Source of the DNA: an uncultured bacterium
GTDB lineage: Bacteria > Krumholzibacteriota > Krumholzibacteriia > Krumholzibacteriales > Krumholzibacteriaceae
Assembly (NCBI GenBank): GCA_964584495.1
Contig: CAZPAH010000003.1
Coordinates: 7,148 to 71,147, forward strand
Reading direction: 5' to 3'
DNA: 64,000 bases
Position numbers and translations under genes: made by a program
Shown: positions 17,731-27,547 of the stretch, one piece after another
Position numbering within the stretch: the first letter of the stretch is position 1
How the letters are laid out: each line of letters begins with the position of its first letter
Notes under the pieces: generated by a model
Databases searched by the model: none
What the model was told of the DNA's origin: nothing
The model's input: only the letters and a program-made list of their open reading frames with translations

Positions 17731-20250
17731 ATGGATATTACCAGCTATTCGCATGATTCCAGAACGGTTATCAAGAACGCCCAGGAGATAGCCTCTTCCT
17801 ACAGGCATGCCGAGATCGACGTGGAGCACCTGCTGATGGCGATCGTCCGCCACGAAGGGACCGAGGTGGAATCGATCCTTCACCAGATGGGTAAATCCCC
17901 GTCGTTCGTCGAGTCGATGGTCGATATCTACCTGAAGGATCAGCCCGCTAAGTCGACGGGAAGGGAGAAGGTGCCGATCTCACCGGCGGTCCAGACGGTG
18001 CTGAACAACGCCCTCGACGAGAAGGCGAAGCTCTACGATCCGCTGGTGGAGCCGGAGCATATCTTCATATCGATATTCGATCCCCGCTCGGCCCTCTCGG
18101 GCTACGTGAGGGACAAGGTAGAGATAACGAGGGAAGATATATACCGCGCCATAGCGGAGATGAAGGCGGTCGAGGAGATAGCCTCCACTCCCGGCGAGAA
18201 GGGCGAAAAGGCGGCGGCCGCGGGGGAATCACCGGAGAAGATCGCGAGGACGCTCAGGTACACCAACGACATGACCGATCAGGCGGCCGGCGGAAAATTC
18301 GATCCTATGATCGGACGCGAGGACGAGCTGCAGCAGACGATCCAGATTCTGCTTAGGCGGCGCAAGAACTCGCCAGTGCTTGTCGGCGGCGCAGGAGTCG
18401 GAAAATCGGCCATAGTGGAAGGGTTCGCCCAGGCCGTCATCGACAAGAGGGTGCCGAAGGTGCTCCAGGATGTCAAGGTGCTGGAAGTCGATATGGGCGC
18501 GATCATAGCCGGCGCCAAGTACAAGGGGGAGTTCGAGGAACGCTTCAAGGCGCTGATCGGCGATGTCGTCAAGGGGGCCGGCAAGGTCATCCTCTTTATC
18601 GACGAGATTCACACGATATGCGGAGCCGGTTCCGGCGGCGGGATGGACGCTGCGAACCTTCTCAAGCCGGCCCTCGCCCGCGGGCAGCTCAGACTGATAG
18701 GAGCCACTACGGAGGAAGAGTACACGAAGTACCTGGAAAAGGACAAGGCGCTCGTGCGCCGTTTTGAGAAGGTTAAGATCGAGCAGCCGGTTTTCGAGGA
18801 GGCCGTCACGATCGTCAGGGGCGTGGCGGACAGGTACGAGACGCATCACAAGGTCAAGTTCGACGAGGAGGCCAAGATCACCTCGGTGAAGCTGGCGCAG
18901 AGGTACCTCTCCGAGAGGAACCTTCCCGATATAGCCCTCGATATAATCGACGAGGCCGCGTCGGAATTTTCCGTCAAGCAGGAGCTTGCCGGCGAGAAGA
19001 TAAAGTCGCTCACCAAGCATTTCGAGGATATCGATAAATTGATCGGCGGAAAGGGCGAGGGGCTCGGCGAGACGTACGACGCTCTCACGAAGGACCTCGA
19101 CACGCTCCAGAAGTACTGGGGGCACAGGCTCGACAGGGAATACGAGCAGAGCCTCTCCTTCGACAAGATAAAGAAGGAGAATCTACCCGATATCATGGCG
19201 AAGAAGAAGGAGCTGTTCGAAGATTTGAAGGGTGTCGTGGAGAAGCTGGAGCCGGTCATATTCGACAGCGACATCGGCGCCGTGATCGCCCGGAGAACGG
19301 GGATCCCCGTGTCGAAGATGATGACGGCCGAGAAGGACCGGCTGATCAACATGGAGGAGTTCCTGGGCCGCAAGATCATCGGCCAGGAAAACGCGATCAA
19401 GGCGGTATGCAACGCCGTCAGGAAGTCGAGGGCCGGGCTTAAGCTGCCGTACCGCCCCGTGGGCTCGTTTCTGTTTCTCGGGCCGACGGGAACCGGCAAG
19501 ACCTATCTTCCGAAGCTCTTGGCCGACTTCCTCTTCGACGATAAGAACGCGATCGTCCGGATGGATATGTCGGAATTCATGGAGACTCATTCGGTCGCCA
19601 AGATGATCGGTGCGCCGCCGGGGTATGTCGGGTACGAGGCGGGGGGGCTTCTGACCGAGGCTGTTCGCAAGAAGCCTTTTTCGATAGTGCTGCTGGACGA
19701 GGTGGAGAAGGCGCATCCGGACGTATTCAATATTCTGCTTCAGCTCCTCGACGACGGCCGCTTGACCGACGGACAGGGACGCACCGTCGATTTCTCCAAC
19801 ACGATAGTGGTATTGACTTCGAACTATGCCGCTGATAAGATTCTCGAAGCAGATCGCGAGGGCAGGGAACCGGACATGGAAGAGATACGCTCGTTCCTGT
19901 TCGGGAAATTCAGGCCGGAGCTCCTGAACCGTCTCAACGAGATCATAGTTTTTCATCCATTTTCGCAGGAGCAGGTCGAGAAGATCGCCGCGCTCGAGTT
20001 CAAGAATCTCTGCGCCCTTCTGGAGGATCTCAACATCGAGGCGTCCCTCTCCGACGAGGCGACCAAGAAGCTCGCCAGGGAGGGGTACACGGTGGAGCTG
20101 GGTGCAAGGCCGATCCAGAGGATAATCGAGAAGCAGATTATCAACAAGCTGTCGGTGGAGATCATCACGGGCGAGGTAAAGCCGGGCGACGAGGTGAAGA
20201 TCGACATCAAGGACGATGATTACGTGTTTACCGTGGTAGAAAATAAATAG
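17731..20250 (+). CDS. clpV: T6SS AAA+ ATPase ClpV (TssH)
   Basis: Clp N-domain, then two AAA modules: Walker [10 protein letters not shown] in D1 and GPTGTGKT in D2, a sensor/arginine-finger region, and the ClpB-like [13 protein letters not shown] motif. Its position directly upstream of tssB, tssC and hcp supports the call. AAGGAG Shine-Dalgarno is present. Confidence 0.85.
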   Translation: MDITSYSHDSRTVIKNAQEIASSYRHAEIDVEHLLMAIVRHEGTEVESILHQMGKSPSFVESMVDIYLKDQPAKSTGREKVPISPAVQTVLNNALDEKAKLYDPLVEPEHIFISIFDPRSALSGYVRDKVEITREDIYRAIAEMKAVEEIASTPGEKGEKAAAAGESPEKIARTLRYTNDMTDQAAGGKFDPMIGREDELQQTIQILLRRRKNSPVLVGGAGVGKSAIVEGFAQAVIDKRVPKVLQDVKVLEVDMGAIIAGAKYKGEFEERFKALIGDVVKGAGKVILFIDEIHTICGAGSGGGMDAANLLKPALARGQLRLIGATTEEEYTKYLEKDKALVRRFEKVKIEQPVFEEAVTIVRGVADRYETHHKVKFDEEAKITSVKLAQRYLSERNLPDIALDIIDEAASEFSVKQELAGEKIKSLTKHFEDIDKLIGGKGEGLGETYDALTKDLDTLQKYWGHRLDREYEQSLSFDKIKKENLPDIMAKKKELFEDLKGVVEKLEPVIFDSDIGAVIARRTGIPVSKMMTAEKDRLINMEEFLGRKIIGQENAIKAVCNAVRKSRAGLKLPYRPVGSFLFLGPTGTGKTYLPKLLADFLFDDKNAIVRMDMSEFMETHSVAKMIGAPPGYVGYEAGGLLTEAVRKKPFSIVLLDEVEKAHPDVFNILLQLLDDGRLTDGQGRTVDFSNTIVVLTSNYAADKILEADREGREPDMEEIRSFLFGKFRPELLNRLNEIIVFHPFSQEQVEKIAALEFKNLCALLEDLNIEASLSDEATKKLAREGYTVELGARPIQRIIEKQIINKLSVEIITGEVKPGDEVKIDIKDDDYVFTVVENK

Positions 20251-20277
20251 GATGAAGCGTTTAAAAAGGAGGAATTG

Positions 20278-20718
20278 ATGGCAAAGTTCATACTGGGAGC
20301 CACGGAACGGGTCAAGAAAGACGACTCGATTCCGGTCGAGCTTCTTCCATCGAACAAGTTGTTGTACGTGGCCAAGCTCAACAACGATGAGGACAGCGAA
20401 CCGGACCCGGTGCGTTGCAACAATCTGAAGGAGGTTTTCGATAAATTCCGTCCTTCATTCGAATGCGAGCTGGAATCGGCCGAAGGAGAGCCTATCAACG
20501 CGGATTTCCATATAAAGGCGATGAAGGACTTCACGCCGAAGGAGCTTATCGAGAACAACGATTACCTTTCGACGACCTACTACAGCAAGGAGATCCTTGC
20601 CGATCTCGACAAGCAGCTCAAGAAGAATAACGCACTAAAGAAGACTTTGAAGGACAAGGACAAGAAGGAAGCTCTTCTTAAGGCGGCGCAGTATTACATA
20701 GAACTTCTAACCGAATAG
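20278..20718 (+). CDS. tssB: T6SS contractile sheath small subunit TssB
   Basis: A ~147-aa acidic/lysine-rich protein lying between clpV and the large sheath gene, preceded by an AAGGAGG Shine-Dalgarno. Size and position match TssB. Sequence-level identity with known TssB was not verified by eye. Confidence 0.55.
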   Translation: MAKFILGATERVKKDDSIPVELLPSNKLLYVAKLNNDEDSEPDPVRCNNLKEVFDKFRPSFECELESAEGEPINADFHIKAMKDFTPKELIENNDYLSTTYYSKEILADLDKQLKKNNALKKTLKDKDKKEALLKAAQYYIELLTE

Positions 20719-20736
20719 AAGAGTGAGGTGATATAA

Positions 20737-22164
20737 ATGGGCGACGAAGAAAAGGAATTGCAGCCTCAGGCGCAGGAAGCGGCGAAGGAAAAGCAGGCCG
20801 CGGCGCCGGGCGAAAAGATCTCCGACGACGAGTTCGCCGAGATCTTGAGCGAATCGTTCGGGAAGTTCGACGATCTGGCCAAATTGCTTCCTTCATTCAA
20901 GACTGCCGACGGCGACCTCGTCCGGGGCGTCGAGTGGCTCGATCCCAAGAAAGACTTCCAGAGAAAGGAATTTCTCTCCAAGCCGAATTTCGCCAAGCAG
21001 AGAAAGCTTCTCGCGGAGAGGCTGAAGATATGGCGTGAGGCGCTGACCGGGGCGGACGATCCCGACCAGATCCGCAAGGGCCTGAACGAGAAGATGACCA
21101 AGCTCGAGGCTAATCTCGACAAGAACATGAAGCGCGTTCTGCGGGCGAGCCGCGATATGGAAACGGCCTACAGGGCGATAGACAAGTTCTTCGCCAACGC
21201 GCAGCTGGAGCCGGACGAGAAGGTCAACGCCTGGTTCGCCAACGTCAGCCCCGACCAGCTGATGGATCCCGACGACAAGGAAAAATTCGAGCAGCTCGCC
21301 AAGGCGGTCTCCGATCTTTATCGCGAATGGTCGATCAAGGACTGTTTCTCGATGGCCGTCGTGCCCGGCTGGGTGGGATCGGTGGAGAATATCGACACCC
21401 TCGCGCGCCAGCTCGGCCTGCCGAACAAGCTGCATATCATGACCGACCTGCCGAACTTCGAGAAGTTCGACGAGGTCATGGATATGCTGGAGGACCCCGC
21501 ATACGCGGGGCTGGCGGGGATCGACGACTTCAAGCAGTATATGTCGGTGTTCGCCAATTACGTACAGGCGAGGGAAGCCAACCAGTACGAGGACGAAGAC
21601 ATGTGGATTCCGCCCTCGGCGGTGGTGGCGGGAAAGCTGTACCAGGGGGACTCGACCACCGGCATGCAGCAGCCGTCGGCCGGCTTCAAGTACGGCAAGA
21701 TCGCCGAATCGAAGTACATCAAGTTCAGGGCCAACCAGCCCGATGCGAGCAAGATCAACGAAAAAGGCGTCAACACCATGGTCAACTTCGAGGGTTCCGT
21801 GGTGGCGATGGGGTCTTCCACGCTATCGACCAAGGAGACATTCAATATTTACTCCATCCGCAGGACCTACGATTACGTCTACAAGACGCTGCGCAACTAC
21901 CTCAACAAGCAGACCTTCTCTGTGATCGACCAGAAGTTCATTGACGCCCTCAGGCGGGATATAGACAAGTTCATGAAGGCTATATCTGGGGGCGACAATA
22001 TTCTGGAGGATTACAAGATAGAGATTTTCGCGGACGAGGAGATGCGCAAGAGACAGGAGGTTGATATCAAGGTCGCCCTTAATCCGAAATATCCCGCGCG
22101 GACGTTCAACATAGAGTTCGCCGCATGGAATGAGGATAACCAGATCAACGTGAAAGACAAGTAA
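20737..22164 (+). CDS. tssC: T6SS contractile sheath large subunit TssC
   Basis: A 475-aa protein immediately after tssB and before hcp, with the size and position typical of TssC (VipB). The call rests mainly on synteny. Confidence 0.55.
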   Translation: MGDEEKELQPQAQEAAKEKQAAAPGEKISDDEFAEILSESFGKFDDLAKLLPSFKTADGDLVRGVEWLDPKKDFQRKEFLSKPNFAKQRKLLAERLKIWREALTGADDPDQIRKGLNEKMTKLEANLDKNMKRVLRASRDMETAYRAIDKFFANAQLEPDEKVNAWFANVSPDQLMDPDDKEKFEQLAKAVSDLYREWSIKDCFSMAVVPGWVGSVENIDTLARQLGLPNKLHIMTDLPNFEKFDEVMDMLEDPAYAGLAGIDDFKQYMSVFANYVQAREANQYEDEDMWIPPSAVVAGKLYQGDSTTGMQQPSAGFKYGKIAESKYIKFRANQPDASKINEKGVNTMVNFEGSVVAMGSSTLSTKETFNIYSIRRTYDYVYKTLRNYLNKQTFSVIDQKFIDALRRDIDKFMKAISGGDNILEDYKIEIFADEEMRKRQEVDIKVALNPKYPARTFNIEFAAWNEDNQINVKDK

Positions 22165-22208
22165 GTACAAACCGCCTGTTCGCAGGCGCAGGAAAGGAGA
22201 ACGGGAAG

Positions 22209-22613
22209 ATGGCAAGAAGACCAATCCTTGAGATCGATGGTGTCGCGTACAAGAACGTGTATGAAGTTTCGTACAGGCTCTACACCGCCAAGGATGAGAC
22301 GGGCCGCCCCTCGGACCGCGCCCACGCCGGTGTAATCAAGATTAAGAGGGAATCGGACGAGACCTGCGATATAGCCAGGTGGGCGATGGATTCCTCCAAG
22401 CCGAACTGGAAAAACGGCAAGGTGATGTTCAAGAATCCCGATGACGCGACGATGAAGGAGCTTGCCTGGGAGAACGGGTTCATCACGGCGTACGCCGAGA
22501 GCGTTCCCCATATCAAGAACAATCCCGACGAGCAGATGTGGGAAGAGTTCGAGATCTCCTGCCAGAAGCTTACGATAAGCGACGCCGAGATCGACAACCT
22601 CTGGGAAGAGTAA
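22209..22613 (+). CDS. hcp: T6SS tube protein Hcp (TssD), short Bacteroidetes/T6SS-iii-like form
   Basis: 134 aa. The sequence GRPSDRAHAGVIKIKRESDE...GKVMFKN...AYAESV shows the beta-sandwich pattern of short Hcp/TssD. It is preceded by a strong Shine-Dalgarno (AGGAGAA) and followed by a small hairpin before vgrG. Confidence 0.6.
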   Translation: MARRPILEIDGVAYKNVYEVSYRLYTAKDETGRPSDRAHAGVIKIKRESDETCDIARWAMDSSKPNWKNGKVMFKNPDDATMKELAWENGFITAYAESVPHIKNNPDEQMWEEFEISCQKLTISDAEIDNLWEE

Positions 22614-22732
22614 ATCCTGGGCTTGGCAACCGTACCCGGTTGCGGGCCGCGTGAAAATAAACCGATGTCTCGTCAGGCCGCGATCCGGCAAGACCGGGTC
22701 CGGCCCGGCGGACGTCCGGTCGGGAGTGAAAA

Positions 22733-24520
22733 ATGGCCGTACTGGAAACTCCGGCCGAATGCCTGATTCGGGTCGATAACCAGGAAATCAAGTTCAATAT
22801 ATCGGGCATCCAGCTGGATCAGTTCATCGACACCCACCATCACCTTGTCCTCCGCATCCAGCAGGTAGGGAAGAAGGATGCGGGCAAGGATTTCGACGAT
22901 CCCGGCAAATACTCGGGATTTCTCGGGCAGAGCATCGCCCTTACGATCAATCCGACCGGGGGGGTGGTGGACCCTTCCCGCGCTCTGGAATTCATAGGCG
23001 TGATTACCGATGTGCAGCTCGAGAACAGCATCGATGGACTGAACACCGTGTTGATCCACGCCGCTTCGTCGACGATCAGCATGGATGGAGCGGCGAAGAA
23101 CGCCCACTATTACGACAAGAGCGCCAGCGATATCATAGGCGCGATCGTGGGCAACTACCCGATAACGGTTGGAAAGATCGAGTCTACGAAGGACAAGTTC
23201 AAGTTCGACACGCAGTACCGAGAAAGCGACTTCGATTACATCATGCGCCTCGCCCGGGGGGCCGGAATGTTCGCCTACTACACGGGGCGCGATTTCAACC
23301 TGACCCCCGCCAACAGCAGCAACACCGTCGACCTCGTGTGGCGCGAGAATCTAGGGGCGTTCAGGATGGGACTCGGCACGGCGCCTGTCGAGTTCAAGTC
23401 GGAAGTATACAATTACGAGCAGAAGAAGACCTATTCGCAGGACAGCCAGTCGATATCCCAGCAGGCGTCTCTCTCGGAGCAATCGAAGGTCTCGCCCCAG
23501 GCATCGAAGAAGATATTCAAGGAGTCGAGCTTCTCGTCCTCCCCCAAGACGGTCGAGGACGCCAAGGCGCTCGACAAGACGCTCGAAAACGAACGCCGCA
23601 GGGCGATGGGCTCCATGATCCGCTGCCGGGGGCAGTCGATAGTCCCGGCCGTGACGATCGGCTCCTGCATAAAAATCGAGGGGATGGACAAGCTCGACGG
23701 GCAGTACTGGGTCAAGAGCGTCCGCCATATATTCGATGACAGCGGGAAGTACCATAACACGTTCGTCTGCACGCCCCTCGACATAGCGTATCCCGGAAAG
23801 AGGGAGACGGGCAAGGACCTCGAGACGGGCGAGGAATCCATCAAGGCGACCGCCAGCATAGAGAACGTGGAGGAGGCGAAGAGGAAACCGGTTCTGGGGC
23901 TTCACGTGGCGAGGGTGGTCGATCTGAACGATCCGGAGAGCCTCGGGCGGATCAAGATCAGCTACCCGTGGCTCGATTCCCAGCAGACCGCCTGGGTGCG
24001 GCTAATGGTCCCCCACGCCGGCAAAGACCGCGGCTGGTACGCCCTCCCCGAGCTCGATGACGAGGTGCTGATCGGCTACGAGCACGGCAATACGGATCAC
24101 CCGGTCGTCCTGGGGTGCCTGTACAACAAGGAAAATTCCCCGATGCAGGAGGCCGTGTCGAGCGATAACGACATCAAGATGTTCATGACCCGCAGCGGCA
24201 ACAAGATCGTTTTCAACGACAAGGACGGCTCGGAGCAGATCCTGATATCCCAGAAGGAAGGCAAGAACCAGATCGTCCTTGATATATCGGGACCGTCGAT
24301 ATCGATCACGACGGAGGGCGATATCTCGATCAAGGGAAATAACCTCGCTGTCGAGGCGCAGGAGGGGATCACGATGAAGGCGTCCTCCGACGTGAAGATC
24401 GAAGGGGCCAATATAGAGATAAAGGCCCAGGGAAACATCACCTCGGAAGCGGCCGCCAACAACGATATCAAGGGCAACGCCCAGGTCAACGTAAAGGGCG
24501 GTATGGTAAACCTTAATTAA
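22733..24520 (+). CDS. vgrG: T6SS spike VgrG (TssI), gp27/gp5-like with C-terminal beta-helix
   Basis: A gp27-like N-terminal region, then the gp5/baseplate-V-like OB region (WVRLMVPHAGKDRGWYALPELDDEVLIGYEHGNTDHPVVLG). The C-terminus has repetitive ISIKGNNLAVEAQEGITMKASSDVKIEGANIEIKAQGNI beta-helix repeats. Confidence 0.8.
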   Translation: MAVLETPAECLIRVDNQEIKFNISGIQLDQFIDTHHHLVLRIQQVGKKDAGKDFDDPGKYSGFLGQSIALTINPTGGVVDPSRALEFIGVITDVQLENSIDGLNTVLIHAASSTISMDGAAKNAHYYDKSASDIIGAIVGNYPITVGKIESTKDKFKFDTQYRESDFDYIMRLARGAGMFAYYTGRDFNLTPANSSNTVDLVWRENLGAFRMGLGTAPVEFKSEVYNYEQKKTYSQDSQSISQQASLSEQSKVSPQASKKIFKESSFSSSPKTVEDAKALDKTLENERRRAMGSMIRCRGQSIVPAVTIGSCIKIEGMDKLDGQYWVKSVRHIFDDSGKYHNTFVCTPLDIAYPGKRETGKDLETGEESIKATASIENVEEAKRKPVLGLHVARVVDLNDPESLGRIKISYPWLDSQQTAWVRLMVPHAGKDRGWYALPELDDEVLIGYEHGNTDHPVVLGCLYNKENSPMQEAVSSDNDIKMFMTRSGNKIVFNDKDGSEQILISQKEGKNQIVLDISGPSISITTEGDISIKGNNLAVEAQEGITMKASSDVKIEGANIEIKAQGNITSEAAANNDIKGNAQVNVKGGMVNLN

Positions 24521-24528
24521 GGACGACG

Positions 24529-24903
24529 ATGGAGTACCTGTCGCTGCCGTTCACCCTCAAGAAGGGATACCTGAAAAAGTCCGATCTGCGAAGATCCCTT
24601 TCGGACTCCATTGGCCTGATTCTGAGCGCACGGAAGGGATCGATGCCCTTCGATCCCGATTACGGGTGCGACCTGTGGGACAAGGAGTATTCGGACCTTT
24701 TCATGGCGAACCGTTCCGAGGTGCAGGGGAGCGTCCGCAACGCGATCAACAAGTACGAAGCCAGGCTGTTCAATGTCTCGGTCTCGCTGATGAATATCGA
24801 TACCGGTCCCAACCACCCCTTGGGCATCGCCGTGAAGGTGATCGGCAATTATCGTGACGGGAAGGAAGAGAGAAGGTTTGAAGAAACATTCAGCATCGGG
24901 TGA
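24529..24903 (+). CDS. tssE: T6SS baseplate wedge protein TssE (gp25/GPW family)
   Basis: The 124-aa protein LSDSIGLILSARKGSMPFDPDYGCDLWDKEYSDL...RNAINKYEARL matches the GPW_gp25 lysozyme-like fold conserved in TssE. Confidence 0.75.
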   Translation: MEYLSLPFTLKKGYLKKSDLRRSLSDSIGLILSARKGSMPFDPDYGCDLWDKEYSDLFMANRSEVQGSVRNAINKYEARLFNVSVSLMNIDTGPNHPLGIAVKVIGNYRDGKEERRFEETFSIG

Positions 24904-24904
24904 G

Positions 24905-26572
24905 ATGAAAGGCGAGAAGCCGAAGACGGCGGACGAGATATTTCACGGCATGCACCGGGAGCTACGGGCCTGGAATCCCGACATCCCCGAATCGTCCGAC
25001 CGGATGGACCCGATCCTGCGCATAATACTCAAGCTCTATGCCGGCCAGCTGGAGGCGATCGACAGAAAGATAGTGAACACGTGGACGGTGGCGTCGAACG
25101 CGCTAATCAAGTCGCTCTGCCCCGAAAGCATGCGATGGCCCGTTCCCGCCTTCACGGTGATGCAGGCGGAGCCCTCCGACCCGGTCATCAAGGTCGATCC
25201 CCAGACGCAGTTTTTCTACAAGGAGGAGCGCGACGACGGGCAGACGTTCTTCTTCTCCTCCCTTCGCACGGAAAAGCTTTTGAAGGCGCGGCTGAGGAAT
25301 CTCTATTTCACGGCGGGCGATAACGTACACGATCTTTCGCCCCCGCCGCCCGACGGCATGCAGGTCTCCTCCAGGATTCAGCCGTCCACCTTCTCCGGCC
25401 GGAACGCTGCGGTCTACATGGCGGTGGAGCATGACGGCCCCGTCGATGATTTCGAGGACTGCATTATTTTTCTCCAGGGCAATGTCAATCTTCTCAAGCA
25501 GCTGCGGTGGTCGAGATGGCTGCCATGCATAGACGGCGATTTCTACGAGGCGGGAGGTTTCTGCCCCGGCGCCGCGGGAACCATCGATGATATCTTCTCG
25601 GTCGGCGGCGAGACGATGGACTGGGGCGGGCTGAGACGGAGCAGCGATCTTTTCAAGCCGCTCGAGCACAGCTTCATGGTGATACCGAAAGATTTCGTGA
25701 CCTCGTGGAGGGCGGGTGATCCCGACAAGAAGTTTTTAAGCGCGCTCGAACGGGCCGGGCACGCCGGGCCGGCGAAAGAAGAGAAGCTTTTCTGGATCAA
25801 GGTGCTGCTTCCCTCGGGCGGCGACCGTTCCGTCTTCCAGTCGTCGTTCAGGATGCATTTCGATTGCTTCATAGCCGTCAACAAGTACGAAAGGACCCTT
25901 TTCAAGCATACCGGGGGCAACCGGCTAGTCGAGATCGAGATCCCGGACGATCTGAAGAATATCCTGAAGATCATTTCCGTCGCCGATTCGAATGGCAGGG
26001 CCTATATTCCCCGCCACGAGGCCCTGAACGAGAAGGACGGCAAATTCTACAACCTTCTCGAGCAGAACGGCCGGCTGTGCCTGTGGTTCGATTTTTCATC
26101 GGAGATCGAGCTGCCGCCCGATTCGATCACGGTCAATTATTCCGTCACGGCGGGCAAGGACGCCAACGGCATCTCAGCGGGAAAGGTCAGCGAGCTGTAC
26201 GAAAGTCATCCCGGGATCGTTTCCCTGAAGAATATCATCCCGGTTTCCGGGGCCGTTCCGGCGAAGACGGAGGAGCAGATAATCACCGAGATATCGGCGC
26301 GTCTTCGCGGGCGGGACAGGGCCATGTCGTTCGACCAGATCGTCAACTGGACGAGGACATTCGACGAGCGGATAACGCAGGCCGAATGCGAGAAAGGCGT
26401 GATCGTCACGGATGGGGGCGTGAGGAAATGCGTGGTGGTCAAGGCGACGGTCCGCGAGAAGGATTTCCATTCGGCTGACGAGATAGAGCTTCTCAAGACG
26501 CGGCTCGGTTCGTTTCTGAAGGCGCGGACATCGATAAACAGTCAGTTCAAGCTGGAGATTGTAAAGACGTGA
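24905..26572 (+). CDS. tssF: T6SS baseplate protein TssF (gp6-like)
   Basis: A ~556-aa protein after tssE, with size and position as for TssF. I used the internal ATG at 24905, 1 nt after the tssE stop; the 24854 start would overlap tssE by 50 nt. Confidence 0.55.
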   Translation: MKGEKPKTADEIFHGMHRELRAWNPDIPESSDRMDPILRIILKLYAGQLEAIDRKIVNTWTVASNALIKSLCPESMRWPVPAFTVMQAEPSDPVIKVDPQTQFFYKEERDDGQTFFFSSLRTEKLLKARLRNLYFTAGDNVHDLSPPPPDGMQVSSRIQPSTFSGRNAAVYMAVEHDGPVDDFEDCIIFLQGNVNLLKQLRWSRWLPCIDGDFYEAGGFCPGAAGTIDDIFSVGGETMDWGGLRRSSDLFKPLEHSFMVIPKDFVTSWRAGDPDKKFLSALERAGHAGPAKEEKLFWIKVLLPSGGDRSVFQSSFRMHFDCFIAVNKYERTLFKHTGGNRLVEIEIPDDLKNILKIISVADSNGRAYIPRHEALNEKDGKFYNLLEQNGRLCLWFDFSSEIELPPDSITVNYSVTAGKDANGISAGKVSELYESHPGIVSLKNIIPVSGAVPAKTEEQIITEISARLRGRDRAMSFDQIVNWTRTFDERITQAECEKGVIVTDGGVRKCVVVKATVREKDFHSADEIELLKTRLGSFLKARTSINSQFKLEIVKT

Positions 26573-27498
26573 TGATCCGAAAAGACGACCTGATGCCCGA
26601 TTTCACGAGCCGCAGGAGCCGGTTCCACTACCTGACGGCGATCAACCTGCTGGAAAGCATGGGAGTCCCCCTCAAGAACATATATATGAAGGCGGTGGGC
26701 GTCTACGAGAACTACCGCGGAGAGATACACGGCCAGAGCCCGGAGCCGGGAACGCCGGTGACCGCCGATACGCAGATCAGCCTCGATATCGGATGGCACA
26801 GCGCGGTCGATTACATGCCGTACCAGTTCTTCTACGGTCTCCAGGGGATACGCGACTCCGGCCATGAGTGGGAGGATAACGCCCGGTCGCTCATGGCTCC
26901 ATTCGACGCGGCTATGATACGTTACGAGGCCGCCATGCGGTTTTACGCCCTCAAGTACGAATTCGGCATTATCGACGCCGCGCATCTTGTAAGGTTCATG
27001 GCGCTGTTCGAGTACGATCTGGAGGGCGAATCGTTCGATATAGACGAGATCATGCTGATGGCCGCGATCCTTCCCTCCCTCTACCAGTGGAGCGGAAATT
27101 CCGAGGTCGTCTCCGGGATCCTCGGCCGGCTGTTCGGGTACAGGGTGACGATCAACGAGAACGTGAGGTCCTCGACCCCTATTCCCGACCCGCTCCGTTA
27201 CAGGCTGGGGTCCAAGACCGGGCGGTTGGGCAGGGAGACGATTCTCGGCCGGTCTTTCCAGGAGTGCGATTCGACCTACGAAGTGGTCGTCGGCGGCGTT
27301 CCGCCGGCCGATGTGAGCCGTCTTCTTCCCGGCGGCGGGACGAGGCGCAGGATAGAGAGGATGTTGAGCTACTGCATGCCGGGCGATCTCGACTACCGGA
27401 TCAGGGTCGAGGTCGACCGTGAAAAGGCTCGGGGCGGGGCGGAAGGATACCTGGGATATTCGTCTTTCATCGGCGCCGCGGGCGGAGGTATCTCTTGA
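26569..27498 (+). CDS. tssG: T6SS baseplate protein TssG (gp7-like)
   Basis: A ~309-aa protein whose start overlaps the tssF stop (ATGA), in the canonical tssF-tssG order. Confidence 0.5.
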   Translation: MMIRKDDLMPDFTSRRSRFHYLTAINLLESMGVPLKNIYMKAVGVYENYRGEIHGQSPEPGTPVTADTQISLDIGWHSAVDYMPYQFFYGLQGIRDSGHEWEDNARSLMAPFDAAMIRYEAAMRFYALKYEFGIIDAAHLVRFMALFEYDLEGESFDIDEIMLMAAILPSLYQWSGNSEVVSGILGRLFGYRVTINENVRSSTPIPDPLRYRLGSKTGRLGRETILGRSFQECDSTYEVVVGGVPPADVSRLLPGGGTRRRIERMLSYCMPGDLDYRIRVEVDREKARGGAEGYLGYSSFIGAAGGGIS

Positions 27499-27547
27499 CA
27501 TCGATGAGCGATAGCCATAAAGTCCTATTAAATTTCGAGGTAAGACA

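Noticed and set aside
18229-19956. Minus-strand ORFs (298, 217 and 257 aa) inside clpV
   Set aside because: They are antisense to an unambiguous double-AAA+ ClpV frame.
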